Of a DNA stretch of 64,000 nucleotides, positions 20,412-30,953 are shown piece by piece. Source of the stretch: Pseudomonadota bacterium. GTDB taxonomy: Bacteria; Desulfobacterota; Desulfobulbia; Desulfobulbales; SURF-16. Position 1 is the stretch's first letter; every line of letters begins with the position of its first letter. Under the pieces are notes generated by a model that saw nothing but the letters and a program-made list of their open reading frames with translations, had not been told where the DNA came from and did not search any database. The position numbers were made by a program, and so were the translations under genes. The stretch lies in assembly GCA_043809085.1 (NCBI GenBank), contig JAZDEG010000038.1, positions 5,350 to 69,349 on the forward strand, in the 5' to 3' direction.

Positions 20412-22823
20412 TTAGTCGGTCTTCTGGCGGAAAAATTCCTTAATTGATTTATCATAACCGAGAAATGTGTTCAAAGGGAAACGAAAATTGACGTCCAGGA
20501 CAATTGGGTGGGAGATTCCAGCGGTCCGGCCGTCTTTTCCCGCAAGCCGCCTGAAACCGCCGGTCCTGCTGTCGTAGGAGAAAGGCACCGGAGAGGCGGG
20601 TTTTCCGTCAAGGTTTAATTGCATCACCAGGGTTTCGTTTTCGCTGAAAAGATGCAGTTTGGCCCAGTTGTAGGAAAAGTTCCTCAATGCTTCCTGGGCA
20701 AAGTCGAGTTGCCCGAACTGGGGGTTGGTTAAAGGGATGGCCTGGGTAAGGAAATCACCGCCGCCGATACGGATGACACCCCCCTCTCCCGGAGTGGAGT
20801 ATAGAAAACTCTGTTCAAAGGTAATTGTTTTGTCCGTGAAAAAAATGGGGATCCTGCCGTTTACCGTGCCCTCTCCCTCGACATTTTTGATGCCGGCCTG
20901 GGCAAGTATGGCGGCGAGTTTCAGCTTGCTGCAGTAAAAGACCATTTCCGGCTGCAGGTGCTGCTCTGAAAAACGCATGGCGTAGGTTGAGATCGTTCCG
21001 TCGGCCCAGTTGAAGGTCGCCTTTTCCAGAAAAAACGATTCAGGTGATTCAATGCCAAAGTTGAGCATTCCTCCGTCAACTTGCAGATCAGCTAAATTTG
21101 CCCTGCTGAAGCTGAGTTTCTGATTCGGCGCACTTCGAAGAAGGGGCAGGTTGGGAAAGTTGATTTCTGTTTCAATGCCCGTGATTGCTGTTTTCTGTTT
21201 TGCAAGTTCGACAGCCCCGTCTTTGACGGCTATTTGTCCTTTTCCCGTTAGTTCGTTGTTTTCAAAAGTCACATTTGCACTTCCGCCAAGCTGTCCGCTT
21301 ACGACTATCCCTTCTGCGGCCGGAAACAGGTTTTTAGGAGAAAAGTTTTTCAGTCGGGTAAGGGGCAAATCGACTGTGAGCGCGATTTTTGCAGCCTCAT
21401 TGGCAAAGTCGGCGGACAATTTTGTTGTTGCCTTTAAACCTTTGAGAAAATCCGCCTGAAAGCCGCCGGTCATGGTGACGTTTTTTTCCTGTTGCCCGAT
21501 TTGACCATTGAAACGGCCAATGGTTTTGTCCTGCCAGAGGATGGCGTCACATGCAACTTTTCCTTTTTTTGTCTCGATGGAATAGGGCCAGCTGAAAGGG
21601 AAAAAAAGATGACTGTTTCTGATCTGCATATTGTTTGACGGGAGGGTCATTGACGCTCCGTCGATGACAAGGTCCCCCTGGCTGTGGAACTCTTCCTCTG
21701 GTTTTTTTGTTGTCTCAATGTTTACGGCAAATTGCGGAATTTTTATCTGGTAGGCATCGTGCTTCACTGAAAGTGACAGGCTGCAGCGTGAAGTAATGTC
21801 GATACGTTCAGGCTCCAGGGACCCTTTTACGGAAAAGGATGGTGACGCAATATGAAATTCCGTTCCATCTTTTTGGATGGTAAGCTCATAAGGTGAACCG
21901 GTCAGTGCAACCTGCAAGGGTTGCTTTGCCCCAGGTTGCACAGCCTTAAAGTAGAGGGCAAGTGAGGCTTCCTTAGGGGTCAGGCTGAAGTCTCGGTGCT
22001 CAATTTGCGGAATGTTGAAGATGGCGCTGCCCTGTAATTCCGCCAGGGAAAAAGGATTCATTCCTGCGGCTCCGGTTCCGTTCAGGTCAAGAGTTATTTT
22101 GGCCGGAAGTTGGGCAAGGAAGGGGGCAAAATCGGCAAAAAGGCGTGGATTCAAGTCGTGCGCGGCAAAAGTGAATTGAAGCAGACGGGCGTTCAAGTCG
22201 TACTCGCCGGCAAGATGTATCTCCTGTTCGCGGGGAAAAAGTTTCATGACAAAGGAAAGCTTTTTGATCTGTGCCGAAAGATTCCGTAAGTCAATATCCA
22301 CGGCAAAGGGCAGGCGGAGTATTTGCGTATCTGTCCGGCAGATCAGGGTGGCCTGTTGGATGGATATCTGCTTCACCGGAATAGGGAGCATTTGTTGGGA
22401 ATCTTTTTCTGCCGCTGCCGGTTTCTGTTGCAGGGCGACAAGGATCAGCTGCAATTCCGCATCATCGACCAGCAGTCTGTTGCCTGAGAATCTGCAACGT
22501 ATTTCCACTCCGCTCAGGGATATTTTCTCAATCTCCTGTCTGGTGACGAGAGCGCCGAGTGAGTAGTCGACGTCAACGGATGAAACATGCAGAACAGGGG
22601 ACTCTTGGGAGCCCAGGGAAAATCCGCCATGTATTCCCGTGCGTCCGACAAGGACCGGCCGGGCCTGCAAGGTGCTGATTCCGTGATTCGCGGCAAGCGA
22701 AGGCAGGAGGCGGGCGGCAACATACCACGGCACAATGATGGTAAAAGCCGCCCAGAGCAGAAAGGGAACAGCGGCAAGAAGAAAGGCAACCAGAAGCAGG
22801 AAACGTTTGGTCGTTGCTGTCAT
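20412..22823 (-). CDS. YdbH-domain (AsmA-like) protein
   Basis: N-terminal TM, beta-rich body, GEGTVNGRIP..GGVIRI..ALRNFSYN C-terminus; operon context. Confidence 0.8.
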   Translation of the reverse strand: MTATTKRFLLLVAFLLAAVPFLLWAAFTIIVPWYVAARLLPSLAANHGISTLQARPVLVGRTGIHGGFSLGSQESPVLHVSSVDVDYSLGALVTRQEIEKISLSGVEIRCRFSGNRLLVDDAELQLILVALQQKPAAAEKDSQQMLPIPVKQISIQQATLICRTDTQILRLPFAVDIDLRNLSAQIKKLSFVMKLFPREQEIHLAGEYDLNARLLQFTFAAHDLNPRLFADFAPFLAQLPAKITLDLNGTGAAGMNPFSLAELQGSAIFNIPQIEHRDFSLTPKEASLALYFKAVQPGAKQPLQVALTGSPYELTIQKDGTEFHIASPSFSVKGSLEPERIDITSRCSLSLSVKHDAYQIKIPQFAVNIETTKKPEEEFHSQGDLVIDGASMTLPSNNMQIRNSHLFFPFSWPYSIETKKGKVACDAILWQDKTIGRFNGQIGQQEKNVTMTGGFQADFLKGLKATTKLSADFANEAAKIALTVDLPLTRLKNFSPKNLFPAAEGIVVSGQLGGSANVTFENNELTGKGQIAVKDGAVELAKQKTAITGIETEINFPNLPLLRSAPNQKLSFSRANLADLQVDGGMLNFGIESPESFFLEKATFNWADGTISTYAMRFSEQHLQPEMVFYCSKLKLAAILAQAGIKNVEGEGTVNGRIPIFFTDKTITFEQSFLYSTPGEGGVIRIGGGDFLTQAIPLTNPQFGQLDFAQEALRNFSYNWAKLHLFSENETLVMQLNLDGKPASPVPFSYDSRTGGFRRLAGKDGRTAGISHPIVLDVNFRFPLNTFLGYDKSIKEFFRQKTD

Positions 22824-22891
22824 GGTGAAAACACAAATAAGTTATTGTATTGCCTTGCGGCGGAGAAACAAAGAGACGGTATGAACCTATT

Positions 22892-23647
22892 CTATCGTAC
22901 TTTCATCAATTTCAGAATGATAATTCCGGTTTCATAGAGAAGATACAGGGGGCCGCCCATGAGCAGCATGTTAACCACGTCCGGAGTCGGGGTGAGGAGA
23001 GCGGCAACAATGCTGATGGCCAGCACGGCATAGCGGCGGTTTTTTTCAAAAGTTGAACGGGGGCAGACACCGGTGCGGGCAAAAAAAACCATGAAGATCG
23101 GCAGTTCGAAGATAAGCCCGAAGGCAAGGACGAACACCGTGACAAAGGAAACGAATTTGCCAACGGAAATAATTGATTTCAGTTGTTCTGACTCAAAACC
23201 CAGGAGAAATTTGACCCCGAAAGGCAAGGTGACAAAATAACAGAACAGGGTGCCGCAGTAAAAAAGGATACAGGTGAAGAAAATAAAGGCTGTCAAAGCT
23301 TTGCGGGATAAGCCGAAAGGGCGTACCATGGCTCTCCAGAAACAGGTGGCAATCCATGGCATGAAGAGAAAGAGGGTGGTGAAGAGAGCCAGTTTTACAT
23401 GGGCGAGAAACGGTTCCGCCACAGTGAAAAAAGCGAGTTTCTGATGAAGATGATCTTGAATGGCGGCAAAAATAGCGGGAGACAGGAAATAAAAACCCAG
23501 GGTGCCAAGCCCGATACCGATGGAGAGCGAAAGAATGGTCTTGCGGATTTCCAGGAGAAAACCAAGCAGTTTTCTGCCCGGTGGTTCACTCTGGGTCTCG
23601 GCGTGATCACTGCTGGGGAGTGGTTGTGGGTTCAAGTGTTCATTCAT
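22892..23647 (-). CDS. tatC: Twin-arginine translocase TatC
   Basis: EPFLAHVKL, FGLIFELP, RRYAVL, LTPTPD. Confidence 0.88.
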   Translation of the reverse strand: MNEHLNPQPLPSSDHAETQSEPPGRKLLGFLLEIRKTILSLSIGIGLGTLGFYFLSPAIFAAIQDHLHQKLAFFTVAEPFLAHVKLALFTTLFLFMPWIATCFWRAMVRPFGLSRKALTAFIFFTCILFYCGTLFCYFVTLPFGVKFLLGFESEQLKSIISVGKFVSFVTVFVLAFGLIFELPIFMVFFARTGVCPRSTFEKNRRYAVLAISIVAALLTPTPDVVNMLLMGGPLYLLYETGIIILKLMKVR

Positions 23648-23687
23648 TCACCACAGGGCGCTCAGAGGAAAAAGAGTGTTCCTGTGG

Positions 23688-24407
23688 TTAAACCGAGGTT
23701 GTCTGTTTGTTGAAATATTTTTCTGTCAGCCATGCAACTGCGGATTTCAGCAATTCCAGATCCGTCATGGCGGTGCTGTCGGTCCCGCTTGTTTTGCCGA
23801 ACTCTTCAAGGTTATAGAGCACAGCGAGAAAAAGATCACGCTGCTCGGCTGAGGGACGGAAACCCTGTTTGATTTTTTCATGCTGCAGCAGGGAAATCAA
23901 TAAATCATTTGCCGAGTAATAGTCAGCCAGCCCCTGGTCGTTGATCCAGAGTTCCAGGGTTATTTCGGACGGCGCGACAAAGCCCTGGCAGTGGGGTTCC
24001 TTGATCAGCACGAAAAAAGCATGGTCTCGGCCATTCCCGTCCTGCCAGGCTCCGCGCCCCAGGGGATAGGTGCGGCAGGCGGCGGGACGGCCCGGATAAA
24101 TCAGGCATCCCCGCTCCGAGACAAAGGGGCAGCTTGCCTTACCGTCATCAATCATGCCGAGATAAACATGAGGAAAAATGTCTCCTTCCTGATGTTCAAT
24201 GACGGCGTAGCGGTGGAGAAAATCCTTGCCTGAAATCTTTAATTCACGGGCCAGACGCAGAACATCGTAGGGAGAAAGGGCCAGGTCGAGCTGATGGCAG
24301 CATTCGGTGAAGCATGGCACTCCCGGATGGCAGGCAAAGGTGAAATTTTCCCCCTCCCGCAGGCGGGATACATGCTCCGGCAGATGCAGGTCCGGCGTTT
24401 GGGTCAT
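23688..24407 (-). CDS. YkgJ-family cysteine cluster protein
   Basis: FACHPGVPCFTECC, CPFV...GCLIY..RP.ACRTYP, EPHCQG. Confidence 0.88.
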   Translation of the reverse strand: MTQTPDLHLPEHVSRLREGENFTFACHPGVPCFTECCHQLDLALSPYDVLRLARELKISGKDFLHRYAVIEHQEGDIFPHVYLGMIDDGKASCPFVSERGCLIYPGRPAACRTYPLGRGAWQDGNGRDHAFFVLIKEPHCQGFVAPSEITLELWINDQGLADYYSANDLLISLLQHEKIKQGFRPSAEQRDLFLAVLYNLEEFGKTSGTDSTAMTDLELLKSAVAWLTEKYFNKQTTSV

Positions 24408-24410
24408 ACC

Positions 24411-26987
24411 TTATATCCGCTCATCGGTATCTTTGCGCCAGAGATGAAGAATGGGGCTGGCGACAAAAATTGAAGAATAGGTTCCCACCGCAAGTCCGGC
24501 AAGCAGGGCAAAAGAAAAATCATGGATGACCGTTCCCCCGAAGAAAAAGAGGGCTACCAGAACCAGGGCAGTTGTAAATGTGGTGACGATGGACCGGCTC
24601 ATGACCTCATTGACACTGGTATTGATAATGCTGGGAAAATCAAGATTCAGGTTCTGCTTGCGCATGTTTTCCCTGATGCGGTCGAAAATGATAACCGTAT
24701 CATTCAGCGAATAACCTCCCAGAGTAAGCAGTGCGGTGATGATGAGCAGGGTTATTTCAATGTCAAGCAGCCAGCAGATGCCGATCACCACGACAACGTC
24801 ATGGAATGTGGCGATGGCCGCCGCTACGCCGAAACGCAGGTCAAAGCGGAGAGCCAGGTAGATGATGACCCCGGCCAAGGATATGAGAACTGCCTGCAGG
24901 GCCTTGTCTCGCAGCATTTCGCTCACCGATGACCCGATTTCCGATTGACTTTCCAGGTTGAATTGATAGTCGGAAAGCTTTTCATGCAGCAGGGCGGTGA
25001 TTTTTTCCGTGTCCTTGCCGACGATTTCTTCGGATTTTTTGATTTTGACGATTAAGCGGTTTTCGCTGGTCACAGGTTGCAGGTCAACACCCGGCAGACT
25101 GCTTTCTGAGAAGATTTTGCGCACTTTTTCAAGCTCATACGGTTTTGCCGACTGATACTGAAGAAGAGTTCCGCCGGCAAAATCAATCCCGATGTTGCCC
25201 TGGCCTCGAAAGAGCTGGACCGTCGCGAAAAGTCCGGCAAGGACAAGAACAGCGGAAATGGTAAAGGTGATATTGCGAATCTTCATGTAGTCCAGATTGG
25301 GACGTTTGATGAATTCACGGAAGGAGAGCTTGTTCAGCATCTTTTTGCTGTACAAGGTGTCATAAACCAGTCTTGTGCAGAAAAGGGTGGTGAAAAGGTT
25401 GAACGCGACACCGAGAGTAAGGGTAACTGCAAAACCCTTGATCGGCCCGGTACCGAAAAGGAAAAGAGCCAGTGAAGTGATCAGGGTGGTTACATGGGAG
25501 TCGATGATGGTGGAAAGGGCTTTGTCAAAGCCTGCCTCCACTCCGGAGCGCACTGACTTGCCGATGGAAAATTCCTCACGCATGCGTTCAAAGATAAGGA
25601 CGTTTGAGTCCACCGCCATGCCGATTGCCAGGATGATACCGGCGATGCCGGGCAGTGTGAGCGTTGCCTGCATGGCGGACAGGCCGCCGAGGAGAAAGAG
25701 AATGTTCAGGACCAGAGCGCCATTGGCGATGATGCCGGACAATCGGTAATAAATGATCATAAAGACAACGACCAATAGGGTGCCGATCAGGCCGGAGGAA
25801 ACTCCCTTGCTGATTGAGTCATGGCCGAGAGAGGCGCCGACGGTGAGATTCTGGATGATGGAAACCGGGGCGGGCAGGGCACCTACCCGGAGGATAATGG
25901 CAAGGTCCGTTGCCTCTTCATAGGTGAAGCTGCCGGAAATCTGGGCACTGCCGCCCAGGATTTTTTCACGGATTACCGGGGCGGAGCGCACCACCTCATC
26001 AAGGACGATGGCCAGTCTGCGGTTGACGTTTTTTTCGGTGATCTGCCCGAAAACCTTGCCGCCGCGTCCTGTCAGGTCAAGACTGACATAAGGCTCATTA
26101 AAGTTGCCCCCCACCCTCACCTGGGCGTCTTTCACCATCTCTCCGGTCATCAGCACCTGGTTTTCAATCAGAATAGGGGTTTTGATTTCGCGGCCGGTCT
26201 GCTGGTCAATTTCTTTTTCAAAATAGATCTGGGTCTCATTGGGCAGAAAACGTTTAACCGCCTCGTTGAGTTTGGCACGGCTCTCTCCTTCACGCCACTG
26301 GCCGGAAGCTACTGCCTGATTGATCAGTCCGGGAAGATCGACGCCGCTGCTGTCCACTACCTTAAATTCCAGCTGGGCCGTCTGTCCGATAAGGGTCAAA
26401 GCCCGCTCCGGGTCTTTGACGCCGGGGAGCTGGACAATAATTTCGTCTTTTCCCTGGCGGACAATAACCGGCTCGGCGACACCAAACTGGTCTATGCGGT
26501 TACGGATGATCTCAAGTGACTGGTTGACTGCGTTTTTGTTGATGAATTCAACCTGGTCGTCACTTAAACTCAGTGTGATGCGAGGGAAAGAGCCTTCAAC
26601 CGTCTGAACGTCGATATTGAGGTTGGGGAAATCTTCCTGCACCAGTTTCTGTACCGTGTTGGCCGAATCGGCATTGGGCAGAACGAAGACGACTTTGTCC
26701 TTTTCTTTTGAGGCGCTTTGGACAACCGATATTTGCTGGTCCTTCAGGTTGCTTTTCAGGTCCTGGGCGGAGAATTCAAGGGAGTTTTCAATTGCCTTGT
26801 CAAGGTCAACCTTGAGGACGAGATGCATTCCGCCCTGCAGATCGAGGCCCAGATTCAGCCCTTGGGGCGACATGTATTTTTTCCACCAGTCCGGCATGTT
26901 GCCGTAAAAGGTGGGAAGAAGGGTCAATCCCGAAAAGGCGATCAGAACGAAGAGGAGAAGAAATTTCCATTTCAATGATTTATTCAT
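24411..26987 (-). CDS. secDF: Fused protein translocase subunit SecDF
   Basis: SecD motifs LGLDLQGG and GMAVDSNVLIFER, then SecF motifs GIDFAGG and GYSLNDTVIIFDRIRE in one ORF. Confidence 0.95.
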   Translation of the reverse strand: MNKSLKWKFLLLFVLIAFSGLTLLPTFYGNMPDWWKKYMSPQGLNLGLDLQGGMHLVLKVDLDKAIENSLEFSAQDLKSNLKDQQISVVQSASKEKDKVVFVLPNADSANTVQKLVQEDFPNLNIDVQTVEGSFPRITLSLSDDQVEFINKNAVNQSLEIIRNRIDQFGVAEPVIVRQGKDEIIVQLPGVKDPERALTLIGQTAQLEFKVVDSSGVDLPGLINQAVASGQWREGESRAKLNEAVKRFLPNETQIYFEKEIDQQTGREIKTPILIENQVLMTGEMVKDAQVRVGGNFNEPYVSLDLTGRGGKVFGQITEKNVNRRLAIVLDEVVRSAPVIREKILGGSAQISGSFTYEEATDLAIILRVGALPAPVSIIQNLTVGASLGHDSISKGVSSGLIGTLLVVVFMIIYYRLSGIIANGALVLNILFLLGGLSAMQATLTLPGIAGIILAIGMAVDSNVLIFERMREEFSIGKSVRSGVEAGFDKALSTIIDSHVTTLITSLALFLFGTGPIKGFAVTLTLGVAFNLFTTLFCTRLVYDTLYSKKMLNKLSFREFIKRPNLDYMKIRNITFTISAVLVLAGLFATVQLFRGQGNIGIDFAGGTLLQYQSAKPYELEKVRKIFSESSLPGVDLQPVTSENRLIVKIKKSEEIVGKDTEKITALLHEKLSDYQFNLESQSEIGSSVSEMLRDKALQAVLISLAGVIIYLALRFDLRFGVAAAIATFHDVVVVIGICWLLDIEITLLIITALLTLGGYSLNDTVIIFDRIRENMRKQNLNLDFPSIINTSVNEVMSRSIVTTFTTALVLVALFFFGGTVIHDFSFALLAGLAVGTYSSIFVASPILHLWRKDTDERI

Positions 26988-27181
26988 TCACAGTGCTCCT
27001 TTGTCAGCCTGTTGCAATGATTTATTATGGATTTATACGCTGCGAGATTATACTCCAGATGCCACAGAAGTCAATCGGATGAATGTGCAATTGAGGATTT
27101 AAGTTTTTGCCATAATCGTTTATGGTGTGTCTTTGAACTGTTGAGCTGATACCAAAAATGGTCGGCATGGAGGAGTGAATA

Positions 27182-27781
27182 ATGACGGAATTCGTTGATT
27201 GCACCGAAACTTTCGGTCCCTGCCAACTTCATTATATAGAGGGAGGAATTTCCAGCGGCAAAGATATCGTTCTGCTGCACGGCATGAAATTTCAGGCACA
27301 AACCTGGAAAGATCTTGGTACATTGCGTATCCTGGGTGAATCTGCCAGGCATCCGATGGCCCTTGATCTTCCGGGTTTCGGCGATTCACCGTCGTGTGCC
27401 GGGAAACCTGCCGAGGTGCTGGTTGATTTCATCAGCCGGAAGAAACTCGAAAAACCTCTCCTTGTCGGCCCTTCCATGGGAGGGAGGGTCGCACTCGAGT
27501 TCTGTCTTGATCATCCTGATCAGGTCGGAGGGCTTGTGCTTGTCGGCGCGGTGGGGGTACAGGAAAACAGGGAACGCCTGTCCCTGATCAATGTTCCCTC
27601 ACTCATAATATGGGGTGGGGAGGATGCAATCTCTCCCCTGGAAAATGGCCGGTTGCTTGCCCGGGAGATCAGCGGCGCCTCTTTTTTTGTCATTGACGGC
27701 GCTCCCCATCCCTGTTATCTGCATCAGCCTGAAATATGGCATCGTGAACTGCTGTCCTTTCTGGATAAAACATGGCCCTGA
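27182..27781 (+). CDS. Alpha/beta hydrolase (ABHD14-like)
   Basis: LLHG, DLPGFG, GPSMGG nucleophile elbow, WGGED, HPCY. Confidence 0.88.
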   Translation: MTEFVDCTETFGPCQLHYIEGGISSGKDIVLLHGMKFQAQTWKDLGTLRILGESARHPMALDLPGFGDSPSCAGKPAEVLVDFISRKKLEKPLLVGPSMGGRVALEFCLDHPDQVGGLVLVGAVGVQENRERLSLINVPSLIIWGGEDAISPLENGRLLAREISGASFFVIDGAPHPCYLHQPEIWHRELLSFLDKTWP

Positions 27782-27841
27782 CGGACAATCAGGGAAAATA
27801 ACGGTAGTGCGGAAAACCTACCATTGAATACGGATTAAAGA

Positions 27842-28216
27842 ATGAAGAAAACTCCGAAAAAATATAAGGAACTGTCGAGTCTTGAGCTTGCCCGCAGTAT
27901 CAGCGTGGCGGCTCTCGATAAAAAAGCCGAGGATCTGATTATCCTCGATGTGCATAAGCTCTCTTCGTTCACCGATTATTTTGTCATCATGAGCGGTCGT
28001 TCCACCCGGCATGTTCAGGGTTTGGCTGATGCGATCGAAAGTGAACTGCGCTTGAAAAAATTGAAGGAGGGCACCACCGAAGGGTTGTCGGAAGGTTATT
28101 GGGTGCTCCTGGATTACGGTGATGTTGTTGTGCATATTTTTTACCATGACGAACGGGACTTCTACGACCTTGAAGGGTTGTGGCATGATGCTCCCAGAAT
28201 CAGCGTTGAGGAATAA
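27842..28216 (+). CDS. rsfS: Ribosome silencing factor
   Basis: DKKAED, DYFVI, WVLLDYGDVVVHIF, FYDLEGLW. Confidence 0.95.
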   Translation: MKKTPKKYKELSSLELARSISVAALDKKAEDLIILDVHKLSSFTDYFVIMSGRSTRHVQGLADAIESELRLKKLKEGTTEGLSEGYWVLLDYGDVVVHIFYHDERDFYDLEGLWHDAPRISVEE

Positions 28217-28234
28217 AGGCAGGGAGATCCTACT

Positions 28235-29620
28235 ATGAAATATATCAGTACCAGGGGAGGAATCTCCCCCATATCTTTCAAGCAGGCGGTGATGATGGGG
28301 CTTGCCACGGACGGAGGTCTGCTCCTGCCGCAGTCCATCCCTCAGATAGCGGAAGAGACGGTTGCCGTCTGGCGCGGTCTTTCCTATCCTGATCTTGCCC
28401 ATGGGGTACTTTCCCTTTTTATTGATGATATGCCGCCGGAGGATCTCAAGGAACTGATCGATCGTTCTTATGCCACTTTTGCCCATCCTGAAATCACTCC
28501 TCTGGTGGCAAAAGGTGATGTGCATATCCTTGAATTGTTCCACGGCCCTACGCTTGCTTTCAAGGACGTTGCCCTGCAGTTTCTCGGCAATGTCTTTGAA
28601 TATCTGCTGGAGGAGAGCGGGGAAAAGATGAATATCCTCGGCGCCACTTCCGGCGATACGGGGAGTGCTGCCATTTACGGAGTACGGGGCAAGGAGCGGA
28701 TCAATATTTTTATCATCCACCCCCATAAAAGGGTCAGCGCTATTCAGGAATTGCAGATGACCACGGTGATCGACGCCAATGTCTTCAATCTGGCGATCCG
28801 CGGCACCTTTGACGACGGCCAGGCCATCGTCAAGACCCTGTTCAGTGACATCCCCTTCAAGGAGAAGTATCATCTGGGCGCGGTAAACTCCATCAACTGG
28901 GCCCGCATTCTTGCCCAAGTGGTCTACTATGTTTTTGCGGCCCTCAAGCTGAGCGGAAAGGGTGGGAAGGTTGATTTTTCCGTTCCCACCGGTAATTTTG
29001 GCGATATTTTTGCGGGATTTGTGGCGCGTGAAATGCTGCCCGGTCAGATCCGTCATCTGGTGCTGGCCACCAATGAAAACAATCTGCTCACCCGTTTTGT
29101 TCAGAATGGCGACTATTCCCTGGGCAATGTGGTGCAGACCTCAAGTCCTTCCATGGATATTCAGGTTGCCAGCAATTTTGAACGCTACCTTTATTTTCTT
29201 TATGACCAGGATGCCGACCGCACCAGGGAAGCCATGGCGGTTTTTGCCAAAAGTGGAAGCCTGCAGTTCACCGCTACTGAGCAGGAAAAAATCCATGCAA
29301 CCTTTCTCACGACAAGCGTGAACCAGAAGCAGACACTTGAGGTGATCAGTGATTTTTATCGGCAGAACGACTATGTGCTTGACCCGCATACCGCAGTTGG
29401 CGTGCGCGCGGGGATCCAGCATCGTGACCCGTCCGTTCCCATGGTCTGCTTGGCCACCGCCCATCCCGCCAAATTCGGGGATGCGGTGATTGGAGCCATC
29501 GGCCGTCCACCGGAGATGCCGGAAAGTTTCCGTGACCTGAGAGGTCGGGAAACCCGTTGCCGGGTTCTTGATGCCGATGCCGATCAGATCAGGAAATTTG
29601 TCGAACAGAACGCCATTTGA
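28235..29620 (+). CDS. thrC: Threonine synthase
   Basis: YISTRG, ELFHGPTLAFKD, ATSGDTG, NSINWARI, TAHPAKF. Confidence 0.96.
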   Translation: MKYISTRGGISPISFKQAVMMGLATDGGLLLPQSIPQIAEETVAVWRGLSYPDLAHGVLSLFIDDMPPEDLKELIDRSYATFAHPEITPLVAKGDVHILELFHGPTLAFKDVALQFLGNVFEYLLEESGEKMNILGATSGDTGSAAIYGVRGKERINIFIIHPHKRVSAIQELQMTTVIDANVFNLAIRGTFDDGQAIVKTLFSDIPFKEKYHLGAVNSINWARILAQVVYYVFAALKLSGKGGKVDFSVPTGNFGDIFAGFVAREMLPGQIRHLVLATNENNLLTRFVQNGDYSLGNVVQTSSPSMDIQVASNFERYLYFLYDQDADRTREAMAVFAKSGSLQFTATEQEKIHATFLTTSVNQKQTLEVISDFYRQNDYVLDPHTAVGVRAGIQHRDPSVPMVCLATAHPAKFGDAVIGAIGRPPEMPESFRDLRGRETRCRVLDADADQIRKFVEQNAI

Positions 29621-29709
29621 GTGTCTCAGCGGCTGAAGGAGTTTTTGCCTGGGACACACACCGGGAAAATGAGCCCTTCGTCTGTTGCTGAATAGTATTA
29701 GTTTTTTCG

Positions 29710-30105
29710 TTATTGCTCCGTTTCTCCTGGGGGATTTTCAGCGGATTGACTGCTTTTTCGGGCCAGTTGCTTGCGCAGGGGTATATTGCCTTCTATTTCA
29801 ATTGCCAGCGTAAAGCTGAGAAATGCCCTGATGACGACAATCAGGGCAAGAACAGCAACGCTTGAAATGGTATGGGAAACGATGACCGTCCGAATGACGT
29901 CGCCTGCGATCAGGAATTCCAGACCAAGTATGATGGCCCGACCGACAGTCTGCCGGTATTCCTGATATGCCAAGGTTAAACAAGAATGCCGTAGACAGAG
30001 GAGAAAGCGGATTGTGGAAACGGTGCTGCCTATGAGAATCACCAGTACCCCAAAGGTCTCCAATCCGTATGCTATTAGGCCTATCAGGTTTTTGAATTCA
30101 TCCAT
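29710..30105 (-). CDS. DUF1622 family membrane protein
   Basis: GRAIILGLEFLIAGDVIRT...LALIVVIR motif. Confidence 0.85.
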   Translation of the reverse strand: MDEFKNLIGLIAYGLETFGVLVILIGSTVSTIRFLLCLRHSCLTLAYQEYRQTVGRAIILGLEFLIAGDVIRTVIVSHTISSVAVLALIVVIRAFLSFTLAIEIEGNIPLRKQLARKSSQSAENPPGETEQ

Positions 30106-30215
30106 GATATGACTCGTCGGGAAGGAGTTATCATTTTTTAATCAGTTGCCGCGGGACTCTTCCATTTTTTTTGTCGGAGAACCTGTCGCTTTGATCTGAT
30201 TGTAAAATGCTTTCG

Positions 30216-30710
30216 CTACTCGGCGCCGATGGTCACCGTAATATGCGTTTCACCCTCCAGGGGCATGACGGCAATGGTGGCGGTCCGATTTTCTTTTTCA
30301 TAAACAAGCATGGTCTGACCGCCCATGTTCATGGAGGCCTGTTCGGTCCATCCTTTGGAAACCATCTGTTCTTTGTAGCTTGATGCTACCTTTTCTACCC
30401 CGTCGGGCGTAGCCAGTGAAACGGAGTACCCGCCGGTCACCTCGACGGCCTGCACCGGTTTGGATGGCTGGTAGAGATGGACGTCGGCTGGGAAGTTCTG
30501 TGGAATCTCGGTTGCTGCACCTGTTGTGACGGAATATTTCTCTCCCTCGCTTTCACCGGTGATCTTCATCCCCTTGTCGGAAAGATCAACATCTGCCTTT
30601 CCACCGGTCTCCTTTTCGATCTGTTTTTCAACAACTTTTTCTTCCGTTGAATTTCCGCATCCGTTGGTAAGGAGCAGGAAACAGCATAGAGCCAAGTAAA
30701 TTTTTTTCAT
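30216..30710 (-). CDS. Hypothetical lipoprotein
   Basis: Lipobox-like LTNGC after hydrophobic stretch; IPQNFPADVHLY and YKEQM..KGW motifs; AGGAGG SD. Confidence 0.7.
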   Translation of the reverse strand: MKKIYLALCCFLLLTNGCGNSTEEKVVEKQIEKETGGKADVDLSDKGMKITGESEGEKYSVTTGAATEIPQNFPADVHLYQPSKPVQAVEVTGGYSVSLATPDGVEKVASSYKEQMVSKGWTEQASMNMGGQTMLVYEKENRTATIAVMPLEGETHITVTIGAE

Positions 30711-30883
30711 TTTCAGCCTCCTGTAAAAGTTATTACGTTAACTTTAATTTGAAAGGCTTAAAAAATTCAAGCTGTTATTGTATCACGACTCAAATTGATT
30801 GTTCTGCGCTGCAGTGTCGGGGGCAAGGTGGGCAAGAGGCTGGACGAGCGGTTCAGAGGCATCTCCGGCGGCAGGGAAATAAA

Positions 30884-30916
30884 AGAAAGGCCGGGATGGA
30901 GGTTCCCGGCCTTTCT
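30884..30916 (-). terminator. Intrinsic terminator downstream of the 30954-32147 gene
   Basis: 13-bp stem AGAAAGGCCGGGA/TCCCGGCCTTTCT followed by a U-rich tract on the minus strand. Confidence 0.8.
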
Positions 30917-30953
30917 GAGGAAAAAAACAGTTTATTGTCAATTATGGAGGAAA

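Noticed and set aside
27818-29056. 412-aa minus-strand ORF
   Set aside because: Antisense shadow of rsfS and thrC with no recognisable motifs.
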